From Paraspadella gotoi (lineage: Eukaryota; Animalia; Chaetognatha): DNA of 64,000 nt. Shown in pieces: positions 11,588-23,260 of this stretch (position 1 is its first letter; each line of letters begins with the position of its first letter). The notes beneath the pieces are model-generated. The model saw only the letters and a program-made list of their open reading frames with translations. It ran no database searches and was not told the origin of the DNA. The stretch is from assembly GCA_051294375.1 (NCBI GenBank), contig JBJCIZ010000744.1, positions 624,264 through 688,263 on the forward strand, written 5' to 3'. Position numbers and translations under genes: made by a program.

Positions 11588-13634
11588 TCACTTGAGACAC
11601 ATATCTAGATGGGCGTTGATTTGCGACTGTTTGACGTGACGACCGCAAACGGGGCAAGCCACGTGGGCCACCTCCGCCTCGCCGATGGGCGAGAACACGG
11701 GCAGCTGCACCATGGAGGATCCGCCGCGCGAAGTTGACGCCACGCTGCCCGCCGGCAGCTGCACCATAGAGGAACCGCCTCTTGAGGTCGAGGCGACCCC
11801 GAAGGCGCCGGCAGCGCCCGGCGTCGACGCCCATGAGAACGGGCGAGAACTACCGGCGGGGGCGAAGACGCCGCCAGCGCCGGACGAAGCCGAGTGAATG
11901 CGGTGGCGCGCCTTCGAGAAGGAAGGCGCCGGTTGGTGGCGAGAGGGAGGAGCGGCGGCGGCGGCTTGGTCTTCGACATCTTCGTCGTCGTCGTCCGAAG
12001 CAGTCGGCGTCTGATTGTCTTTGATGTGGAGCTGCGAAAGGCGAATGGCCTCGCGGAGGGCGGCCTCCTCGTCGTCGGCGAAGTTCCCGTTGAAGTTGGC
12101 GCCGGCGCAGATGGGCGCCCCGTCGCGACCCGACGACGCCGTCGATCGAGCCTCGTGAGCTGAATAGGGGAGTTTTATATAATATTGTGGCAGCAAGACT
12201 TAAAGCTGCCTCACTGCTGTCCGTCCTCAGCCTCGTCTCAATGGCTGAGCAGGCTAAATCATCTCATTCCATCCGTGCGTCCCGGGTTCAATCCCTGGGT
12301 ATCCCGGTTCTGGCTTAAATGTGACGGTGCCGGTATAAACATGCCAGTGACAGGAGGCGGTCACTGAGGGTCCGCAGCCCCTACGCCAGTTGGTGAGATA
12401 CCCCGCGCCCCGGCTATCACAGGCTATCCTCCCGTTGCCATAATATATCGTATCTTTGTCTCTAGAAATTATGTCGAATTTTCTTGAAAATTCAATCACA
12501 AAATTCCAGCGGCTGCTTTCCCCACAATATTCTTTTTAATTCATAATTTTATAATTCTAACTAATGGTATTTACTATTTCGGATGATTATTAAAATATAA
12601 CTCAAGCGCAATCAAGAAATTAAAAAAAACATAAAAAAAAATTTCCCAACTTTGATATTTGAAGTAACTAAATAATCGTCGTTTAGAAAGGAGAAAAGAC
12701 TGACCCGAGGCGACGTTGTTGACGTCGGGTGCGCTGTTGCTGAGTCTTGAGGTAGCGGCGAGATTGGCGGCGCCTTCGAGGCGGTCGTCGTTGAAGAAAA
12801 ATCGGGAAGACGAAGGGTCGCGGCCGCCCTGGCCCGGGGCCCGCGGGCTCGAGGCCGTCAGGGGGTCCGGCTCCGTCGAGAGGGAGTGGTGGAAGGAGGC
12901 CGCGGCGCTTCCGCCGAAGGGGCGCTTCTTGTGACGATTACCGCCTGAGTGAAAAGGGGGGGGGGTTAGTGGAGAAAGGGGACAAGCGAGTTAAAAGACA
13001 TTGTCATACGATCCCGTGGAAATAACAACAGCAACAACAAGGAAATAGACTCGCCGAAGGAATGCAGAGCGTCGGTGTCGAAACTCCTCCTTCCGGAGGA
13101 GTGGCCGATGAGACCCGAGGAGTCTCGAGAGGTCGAGGGTCGGGGTCCCGTGCCGACGCGGCTGCTGCTCGCTTCGCCAGTCGACGAAGGCGAGTGGGTG
13201 CGCGATCTTTTGGCCTTTGGGGAATTCTCTACGCTTCGCGATCTGAGAGCGGGGGGAAGGTGATACTTAATTATTTATATTACGTTAATTATTCTCCTTT
13301 AGTTATGAAGCTTACCGAATAGGGACTGCGCGCAACGCGGGGTCCCTCTTCTTGGTCGCCCAACTCTTCTTCGGAATGGCGCCGCCGACGCTGGGGGGGG
13401 CGGTGACACGGGCGCGAGGCGACCGAGAGCGCGAACCTTCGTCGCCTCGCCCGCGTCCGCCGTCTCGGCTGCCGTCCAGACTGTGGGATCGCTTTAATCT
13501 GTTCGATGGGGGAATTCAAATGTTTTTATGCTTAGCTAAAAACTTTGTTGTTGTTGTTGTAAATACAATTAGAAAATAATGGAGAGGACACTTCACCAAT
13601 CCAGTGGCCAGTCGTTAAATGGCCCAAGAATGTA

Positions 13635-13692
<58 letters not shown>

Positions 13693-16632
13693 CATTATTA
13701 CCCTTATGTAACCGTCTGTTTTCCCCCTATAAAACGTCGGGTTTTTGTCCAGAATTCACTCTCGAATCCCGCTCAATAGATGTCGCTTATCAATTATTCT
13801 AAGTCTCTTTAATGGCGAGCCCCTCTTGTGAACACGCAACCACTTCATTCTCAACTCCCGCGATGCGCTGCCCTTCTACTCACCTCGCGCCACTTAAGCT
13901 CAAAGGGTATTCTACCCTTTCTGCCCTGTCAAAATTCAGCGCTCCCCTTGCGACAGGCTCTTTCAATTACAAAGATATGTCTCTTTACTAACTCATTTTC
14001 TCTAATTAGAAAATATGAAGCACAAAGCTGATAAAATTTGGTCCCGCGTTGGAGAGAGAGTCAGTCACTCCTAAAACGGGCTTTCAAGCAAAAACAATTT
14101 CGAGACGCAGTCACCTTTTCACCCTTCGCCGCCTCTCGACGCTGGCGTCCAGTTTGGCGAAGAGCCTCTCATCGTCTGAGTCAGAGTCGGAGAGGATGTC
14201 GTGGGAGGGATCCCATCGCGAGGGCGTCGACATCCGGGGACCCGCCGAGCGCGTCGCCCGAGCGGCGCCGAATAGGGGCGTCGGCAGCGACGCTTCGGTC
14301 GGAATCGACGAAAGCTGGAAATTTAATGATGTTTATATTATAACTGTTAAAACTTCGACGTCGGTTCTAGTGATCTGTGAAGTAAGGTATGAACTTATCA
14401 TTCTATATAAAACGAGAGTAAGTAATTAATCTCATTTGCATATTGCAGAATTTGAGATAACCTTGGTTTAATTTCCATGTAAATGTAAATTAAATTTTCG
14501 TATATTTTGATGTCATATTCGATTATTATATTAATTTAATAATAGTAATAATTACCTAATAATAAATTTATATATTTTACCATAAAAATTCAAGTCTAAA
14601 TACTAAACAATTCAAACTATTCAAACAATCATTCACATTGAGTGTTACTCACTTTTTCCTCCACCTCCAGAATGGGAATGGAATCGGGCAAGACCGACGG
14701 GACGGTCCGATCCTGACGCTGATGACCGCCGGTGCCGCCGCCGCCTCCAGGAACGGCGCCAAAGGGGTTTTGGTTATCACTGGGCCGAGACTCCCCGACT
14801 TCGACCGAACCCGTTCGCGATAGAGTATTATTGTTCGAAGCATTGTTTTCATCCATGACCGAAGCCATGAAGTCCATGAGATCATCTTCGTCCTCCACGT
14901 CGTCGTCGGCGGCCGGCGTCGATTCCGCGACGCCGGGCGGACGGGCGCCCGGAAACGGAGAGGCGTTCATCTCGTCGGTGGCGGTCGCCGTCGGCTTCGT
15001 CGTCGCGCTAATCGACGAGGCCGTCGTCGTCATTTCGATGACGGGTCTCGCGGCGGCGTTACGGTTGTCGTCCGAGTTGAGTCCGTCGAAACGCCGCAGC
15101 CAGGGCTTACTTTCTATGGGCGGTACCGAAGCTACGCCCTGAGTGAACTTGTGCCCGAAGCCGGAAAAGGCGGCGTTTTTAAAGTTCTCCTTGTCGACCA
15201 GCGACGGGTAAGTTCCTCTTTCCCCTACCACTTCGCCGCCGCCGTCGTTCCGGCGAACCTCGTCGCCGTTAAGCTGTTTTAGCCGCTGGTCCTGCTGCGC
15301 GAAAAGCGTTCGAATGTCGACGCCGTTACTTCCGGCGCCGTTTAAAGCCGGCGTCGCGGGCGTCGAGGTCGAGTTTCGATTGTTTTTTCCCTTTCCTTTT
15401 CCCTTGAACCCGACGGCGGTGGGGGGTGTATCACTTTTTTGCTTGTTGTTCGAGTCTTTGGTTTTCTTGCCGTAGTTGGCGGGTTCTTTCACTTTGACGA
15501 ATCTCCCTCCGCACGAGGCGGCGTGATTCGACCACCAGGTGTCGTTCGGACCGGGGGCGCGGTTCATAGACCGCTTTACGTAGCCTTTATAGAAGGGAGG
15601 GAAGAGGAAAGAAACGGGGGGGGGGGAATCAGACTCATCATCCTCCTCCTCCCCCAGAATTTCACGATGATCTCACCGAAAAATGGCTTCTGCTGCCGAC
15701 AGACTCCGTCGCAGCGCCACCAGTGTTGACGGTAGACCTCGACTTCGTCGTGAAAGTTGTGGTAGACGGAGATGGCGGCGCCGGTTTCCCGGTTAATGCG
15801 GTTCATGTGTTTGAGAAACTCTGGCCCGTGCCCTTCGCGGTCGCGGTTGTTGGCCGTTACGAAGAGATAGGCGTGGATCATCTCATGGAGCAGCGTCTCC
15901 ACGAGGTCTTTCCGGGGCCGCAACTTCAGCAGCGGAAGGGAAAGGCGAACGGAGCAGAGCCCGCCGCGCCCCTCGTACGAACAAACCCCTTTTTTTTTTT
16001 AGAGAGAGAGAAAGGAGGGACAAAATGGGATAAACTGTTTTTAATAGCGCGCCATTCACTATTAACCATCTTTAGAGAGCATACCTGCGCATAGTGTCAT
16101 TCTCGGCGACCATTTGACCTCGATACCAGACAAACGCCCCCAAAAGAAGCGTTCGTTGAACTCGAGAAAGAGGGCGTGGATGTCGGGGTTGGGGTCGATA
16201 ATCTCCAACTGAGGGTCCACTGGCGAAAGACCGGAAGTGGGCTGGGCCAAAACGGACGAGGGAAGCGTAGAGCCGAACCTAGGGAAATAAAAGATACAGT
16301 AAAAAAAAAAGGCGATCTATAATTTGGAACGCCGACGACGACGACGACGACGACGACGCCACTTATGCGCAAAAGTGTTACAATATCGTCGCAAACGCTT
16401 AGCGATTGCGACGATAAAAAAACAAAACTTGTAATTTGCTGCGGGAAACTGGGAAAGTCTCTCACCTCGGAGTTTCGGGAGAAAGAATCCCCGACCTGAC
16501 GTCGTCGCTGGGATCGAAAGAATCCTCGAAGGCGTCGCTTGTCTGCAGCCACAGCGCCAGCGCGAAGTCTTCGTCGACGAGGTACTTGGGGATGCCTCCC
16601 TCCTCCGGCGAGTCCTCGCTTTCCGTCATCAT
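11588..16632 (-). CDS. SPRTN: Spartan DNA-protein crosslink protease, multi-exon
   Basis: N-terminal DEDFALALWLQ, then DPNPDIHALF, VKWSPRMTLCAG|VCSYEG, LVETLLHEMIHAYLF (HExxH), QHWWRCDG and RAPGPND.WW.H..CGG.F. SHP-like FSGFGH motif and C-terminal UBZ CPVC..INAHLD.C. Middle exons are approximate. Confidence 0.92.
12186..12442 (+). mobile_element. Solo-LTR-like 257-bp insertion with a tRNA-like A/B-box segment
   Basis: Termini TGTGGCA...TGCCATA flanked by an ATAT duplication. Internal TGGCTGAGCAGG (A box) and GGTTCAATCC (B box). Confidence 0.55.
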
Positions 16633-17431
16633 GACGACGACGTTTCAGCGGCCGCCGGCGGAGACTCTACCGGCGCAACGAGGCCGATTCCGCGCCTCCA
16701 TTTCCCTCCAGATGTCTCTTTTTCTTTTATTCTTCGGGCAAGAGAAGTTGGAGGGGATAGGAAGTGGCCCGGGGGCGGGACAGGTTCTTATTTAATTCTC
16801 GTCGATCATTGATTATCTAGAGGGGAAAACAAATTTTACCGACTGGGAAAGAGCGGGTTGGTGAAGCGATAAACGCGAAAAAAGCTATTATGTATAGGAT
16901 TGAATAACGATAAATTTACAAACGCACAGGAAAAAAAAAACAAAGTCATTTGTGAGTGTGAACGCAAAGAGTTGATGAGAAAAAAATGGTTCATCGACAC
17001 GCGACCATGTTATCGATTGGAGAGAAAATACTTGGATTTGCTTCGGTTCAACGCTTAAGGAGAAATAAAAGGGCCACGTGGCGAAAACCAAAGGAAGTTG
17101 ATTTAGAGAGGAAAAAATCACAGAGAATTAAGACATTTAATGTTCATTTTATGACCATTCGAATTCGGAAAAGTGTAAACCTAAATGTTCCAGTCGAACA
17201 ACAGCGATGTAAACTTTAAACGAGAAGGTGATAACTTGAAAAGAAGGCAACTCGGTTAAAAAGAAAGGAAAATTTTAAAGATGTTTTCGAGTTGTATATA
17301 ATTTTCTTTAAAATAAATAAAAAAAATAGCTGAACTACAAATTGTCAATCACGACTTGGATCAAATTGTTTCTTTTATTTCATAAAAAAAAAAAAAAAAA
17401 TCTGAAAAAATTTTAAAATCTTAAAAACGAA

Positions 17432-20400
17432 TCACTTGGACTTTAAAAGATTGTAGACTCTGCCAAAGAGTCGATTCTTGGGAGCCGGAGATGAGGCCTT
17501 TTTATCGGCGGAGGTTTGTGCGACCGGAGCCGACGCCTCGCTGGACGGCCCTTTGGAAGCAGCGACGGCTTTCCCTCCGGCGGCTTCTACCGCGATGTCG
17601 TCTGGGTCCAATCTCGTCGTCGTCGCCCCCAGGTTTTCTCGTCCTGGGGTCTCGACGGCATCCTCGGGCGCCACCTCGTCAGAATCGTGTCCGGATTCGG
17701 AGGATGTCTCCTCGTCGATGACGCGCACGATCTCCACCTTGGCGGAGAGTGGCATTGAAGGGCGATTTGGCTCAAGGAATGCAGACGGACAATCCGGATC
17801 CGAATTCGAATCCGAATCGCTCTCGGCGGCTTCGACGGCCCGCTCGACCGGATGCGCTTCGCAGGCTTCGCCGGCTTCGCCGACAACTTCCGGAATTCTG
17901 GAGAGGCTGCAATCGGTAGCCGGAGGGCTCAAGACTTCAGCGACATTCTCAGAATCGATCTCACGAACTTGAGATTCAACAACAACGCTTTCCACCTGCT
18001 CCTCCAATACTTTTGGTATCGGCGCAATCGGCTCGTTTCGCGGCGATGCCTCGGCTTCCAACCCGGGTTCGGTTTCTTCGGGAACGACACCGAGCGCATT
18101 CCTGAGGATGCCCTCCAACAAAGGCGCGACGACGCCGACGCTCGAGCCATTGCCCGACTGCCGTTTGGATGTTCGCGCTCCTCTGCCTTCGCGCCTGCTT
18201 CCCGAGTTGGGATTCCGCCTTCCGTGACGCCGCTTAGATTGCGGTCGACCAGCGAACACCCCGTCCACCGCTTCGCCGTCGTTGATAATATCGGACTGAT
18301 TCGAAACGGCCACGGCGCGATCTAGCGGTTTCGCCGTCTGTCGCTTTCTTTCTAGTCGCGGAGGTCGACGGGAGATGGCATTTGGATTAGGTGGATCGAC
18401 GACGGCGTCGTCATTGGTCGGTGATTCGGGAGATTCCTCGGCTACGACGCCGGTCGTCCCGGCGTCGTTCTTCCACTTGCGATCGCGCCGCTGATCCTTT
18501 CTCGTTCTCCGCTTTCTCCGGTTACGCTTTTCTCCCGGCGTTTGTGATCTGGTCTCGTCGACACCGCTCCCTGTGTCGTTCGGCGCCTTTTCGGCCTTTG
18601 GATCCGGATTTTCGCTCGAGACGTCGCCCTGGGAGTTTCCGCCGACCCTTAACTCGGGCGGACCATACTCGCGACCGTCCTTGACTAAACGGCGTGCCAT
18701 TTGCCGCCGATAAAAGCGCGAGGGACGAGCACGCGTCGCGTCGATCACCGAACCGTCATTCGACGGCGCTGGCGGGTTACGGCTCCGGTTGTCGAGGGGA
18801 CCTTGACGTTCCATTCTTCCGTAAGAACTCCGGGTGTCGCCGGCGCCGCCGAAGACTCGAAAGCGGCGCCATACGAGACGGGGTGGGTGGTGACGTGACT
18901 CGTCCCCGGTCTCGTTGGGCATTCGTCTCCCGTTTTGACGAGGAAACCAAGAGGACTCGGTCATCCGCCTCCCGTTTTGACGGTTGAAACGAGCCGGTTC
19001 GCGCGCTGAGCCGTAGTTCGGGTCTTCGAATCGTCGGCCGTATCGCTGGGGACCGTTAAGGACGGTCGGCGACGCGGGTCGGGGGCCCGCGGAGGATCCG
19101 CGACCGATTCCCGATTGGGAATCGTCGCTGCGACCGTCGCTGGCGTCGTCGCCACCGGAAGCGCCGCTACGACGCTGATGTCGGTCGTATGGAAGGCAAA
19201 CCGATTGGCCGCGTTCTTGCGCGAGGGTGGCCAGGCGAGAGAGGCTGGGGATCTCGCGCATGCGGGTCGCGCTGATTTTATCTGAAGAGCGGAGGAAATG
19301 GTCAAGTTCTTCACACTGCGGTCATAAAAATGAAATTTATTCCATATACATTGGAGTTAAATTTACCCCAAAGAAGAGCGCCGGGTCGCGGCATTCGACC
19401 GGAGCAATAAATTATTCTTCTCGGAGTGAGAACTATGTCCACCGCGATGTCGTGGGCTTCGACGAGAGATTCGGGAATGTCCATCACCTGAAAAAAGGGA
19501 ATAGAGAGAGAAGTTCGCCTCGTCGCTTTCCGCATTGATGTGTTAAAACAGCGCGATGGAAACCTGGCAATCGTGGACAATTGTCACCACGATGGTGTTG
19601 GCGTGGACGGCGCCCATAGTGGCCATCATCCCCCATTCGATGTCCGCGAAACCCTCTCCCTTTCCGATACGAAATCCCTTCTCCGAGACGGCGACGGAAC
19701 CCACGACGATCAGATCAACCTGCGACGAAAATAAGTTCAAATGGAAAATAAATACTAAGCAAGTACAGTCATACACACATTCAGTCTAAATAAACAATAA
19801 TAAAAAGGAGGAAAAACCAAGATTTCCTTCCCCCCGGACCTCCACGTTAGATTTGAGAGGAACAGGAATCCCGTAGTGTTTGACCCCTTCGGCGTTGCAG
19901 CAGAGCTTCAGGTCGGGAGCGCCGAACCCGTAGGGAGGAAGAACGTGATTGAAGAGACCGTGACGGAGGCGAGGAGTCGGAACGAGCAGCTGGACGATCG
20001 AAAAAATGGTGCGTTGGGAATTAAGAATTGTATAACGATCGGCTATAAGCTTCTAAGAATATTTTACTCGATGCTCTTTCGCGGATTTCCGATCAATTAG
20101 TGATTTAGTACTAGACGACCTTATAACAACTCTTGGGATTTAATAACATATCAAAATCGTTTCCCTATTAAAAACCCCCCACCTTCTTGTTGAACTGAAG
20201 AGCCAGAAAACGCGCCATCTCCTGCGGCTTGTCAGGGTTGACCTTGACTGTGCCGGCCTTGCGGAAACAGTCGAGCCCGAGCAGTTTCTCGCAGGCGTTC
20301 TTGGAGCCGCGGAAATTGGGGATGCGATGGTGGCAAGGGCGGGGGAAGTCGGCCAGGTTGGTCTCCTCCATCATGTTCCACACTTTGTTCCTGATATCGT

Positions 20401-20987
20401 CCTTCGAGGGACCCCTGTACGACTCGAACGAGGGATGAGAGTTGGGTCGGCAGACGGAGATCTCCACCGCGGCGCCAACCTCGATCCGACGCAGGCGCTG
20501 CACCAGCTCGTCGTGAACGGCGCCGCGAAGGCCGACGCCGTCAAGCGCCATGATGAAGTCGCCATTCTCGAGGCTAGAATCTGCGTGGGATGAACGGGAA
20601 ATGAAGGATGTTCAAATTTCGTACAATTTCGTCGTCGCGAGCATAGGATGTAAAATTATTATTTAATTTTTTTTTAATAATGGAGTGAGAAAGCAATCAA
20701 TTTCCGGCTTCTTTCTTTGTTAATGCTTTACGACAGTTGAGAGCATATTTGCCGAAGTTTTTGGTAAAAAATTGCTTTGCTTGTAGCACTCGGTATTGTA
20801 TTTCTTATGACAATTTTAAAAATAATAATTTGTGATATCTACAGGTAGTATATAAGTTTTTTTTTATATATTTTGAATAATTACCCTCCGATTCGAGATG
20901 CACTATGGTTTGAAAGCCCGAATCAGATTCCTTGATGGTGAAGCCAAATCCCGCGGGGCCTTTAACCACCGTTTCTTTGATGATCAT
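17432..20987 (-). CDS. MTHFSD: MTHFSD/Lost-like 5-formyl-THF cyclo-ligase-domain protein with an N-terminal PDZ domain and a long disordered C-tail, 6 exons
   Basis: Motifs [79 protein letters not shown] and [11 protein letters not shown]. Confidence 0.9.
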
Positions 20988-22299
20988 GTTAGATGAAAGA
21001 ATTGATTATGACGTCGATAGAAACGCAACTAGATAGTTTTCATTTACTACTTCGATTGGATTGTGTCTGGATAAAAATGTATTATGGAATAAGAATCTTT
21101 CTCTTTTTTTGTCGTTTAATGATTTACATAAATGTCATATCAATACTAAAATTTTGTTCATAACCTTGACAACATAACTGAAAGCGTGCATGACTAAAGT
21201 CTGTTCATCTTTTTTTTTTTCTATTCATATCTCTGTTTGTGTCTCTCATAAGAAATACTACCGTTTAAAAGCATCTCCTTTTATAGACGAACAGAGATTA
21301 ATCTCAATATAGGATTATTACCACGACAAAGACCGTAAACTTAGGTAAGTCTATTTAAAAAACAAATCTAGAAATAATGAGCTGACAACAGATTTGTACC
21401 AATCATTTCCAAGAGTGAACCGCCACAAATTGAAATATTGCTTCCAAAATAATTTCTATAAATGAATTTAATAATTGTATATATTATACAAAACATTATT
21501 CGAATAAATGACGGCAGCGCCTCGGAACAGACTATAATTCATCAATGAAGCGAACTAAACCCTAAATTACAATATGAAAAAAACCATTTGATAATAATAC
21601 AGACGACAGTCTCTCCATACTCTTTCTCTTTCGCCAAAAGACAAAGATCGGGTAACGTAAGGCCGTCGGACGAGTTCGAAACAAAAATATGAAGGATGTA
21701 CGTCTACAGGGTGGTACATGATTAAGTAATAAAAAAGACATTTAATGGTAAAATTGGGGATCGATTCCAGAAAAATCGATTGACTAAGTTTTCTTCTTTT
21801 TTTAAAAATTTTGTTTCCAAATCTAATAACGCGATTAGAAATTGAAAACGGCGACACGCAAGATGATGAACGTCTCAACTTAATGCTGATGATGAGGTTA
21901 ATAAAATCGAAAAATGCGATTGTGGCCGAAAGAAAAACAAAACGAGAAGTTCACACGGAAATTGAGCAAACGTAAGAAAACCAATGTCGCTTATTGGCCA
22001 AAATTGTGGAAAAGGAAAACTCTTCCCAATTTCTCGAAAGTAAAGAACATGACTCAACAAATGTTAATGTATGACACCAAATATTATCCAAAAACCCTGC
22101 TGGTCTAAAAGCCTGTCTTTATTATGATTCGACAGTTTCGCCGGTTATTTGCGCGATTAGACTAAAAGACTACCAGACTTTTTTATATTGAATATTAGGC
22201 CGGAACAGGTAGAAAACTAGAAGTTCTTTCAAATAAATAATATGAGAATATGAAAATAAAAATAATTTATCTTAATAATAAGCATTTAAAGATTATTGT

Positions 22300-22585
22300 A
22301 TTACTATATAAAGTTTAAAATTGTTTTTTTATTTTTTTTTAATAGATTCTGGTAGAGCTTTAAAAGTAAAATTTTTTTCGTTTTATTTATAAAAATTTTA
22401 AAAAACTAACAAATTCAGCCAATGATGATGATGATTTTTTAGGGTTTTTTCTATTATTAACCAATTTATTGTCAAAATTTAAAAAAATTGTAGTACTAAC
22501 TTTCATTTAACTTTTTAAGCTCTAGAGGAATCCGTTCTTAAAAAATAAAATTTAAAAAAAAAAAATTGGCATTTAAAAGCTTCAG
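22300..22585. repeat. AT-rich foldback (imperfect inverted repeat), MITE-like
   Basis: gattctggtagagctttaaaagt pairs with actttttaagctctagaggaatc. Boundaries are approximate. Confidence 0.45.
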
Positions 22586-23260
22586 TGTAACAACACAATG
22601 AACTAATTCAAAAAGTTGCATTGAGAGAACTAGAAGTTATAAAAAGTGTTCAATTTTGTCCCGCCTTATTGAATATATATTATATTTATATTATATAATC
22701 GTAGGAATAAATTCCTTCGGATTAATCTAGTATAAAATTTACCTCGTTAGTTGATTAGCGGAAAATTCGCTTTTTCAAACTACAAAATGGCTTTAAAAAT
22801 ATTTTTGTACAACCAAAAAAAAAAATGTAAAGTAATCGAGTCGATGCCAGATCTGAGAATGTTGCTAGTCCCAAATAAGGATCTATAGATGAAGGGAAAA
22901 AAAACAAACAAAAGTTGTGAAAAAAAAAATTTCAGAAAAGAAATAAAGAAGAAAATTTTAAGCATTTAGTTTTCAGAAATTTTTATCTAGTTTTTTTTTT
23001 TTCGCAAAAAAACCATCACATAAACCGACGGATTTTTCTCTCAGAACAACCGTCGGTTTTCAAAAAAAAAAAGGTAATAAAACCAGGTTTACGTTATATA
23101 TACGTCATATTTACAATAATACTTTGTTAACGAGTCTAATGAAAAAAAAAAATGTAGAGGAAGGAGGGGCAGAAGGGGCTGAGTTGGGGCCCCGAAGAGG
23201 GCGGGCGAGAAAAGAGAATCTTTGGGAGGCGACGAGGGGAGTCGAACGCGCGCGCCATCT

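Noticed and set aside
12228-12305. Functional tRNA gene
   Set aside because: A and B boxes are present but the acceptor and anticodon stems do not pair, so it is treated as part of a repeat.
21860-21925. gctgatgatgagg...aatcgaaa as a second hammerhead or snoRNA
   Set aside because: Stems I and III do not pair convincingly.
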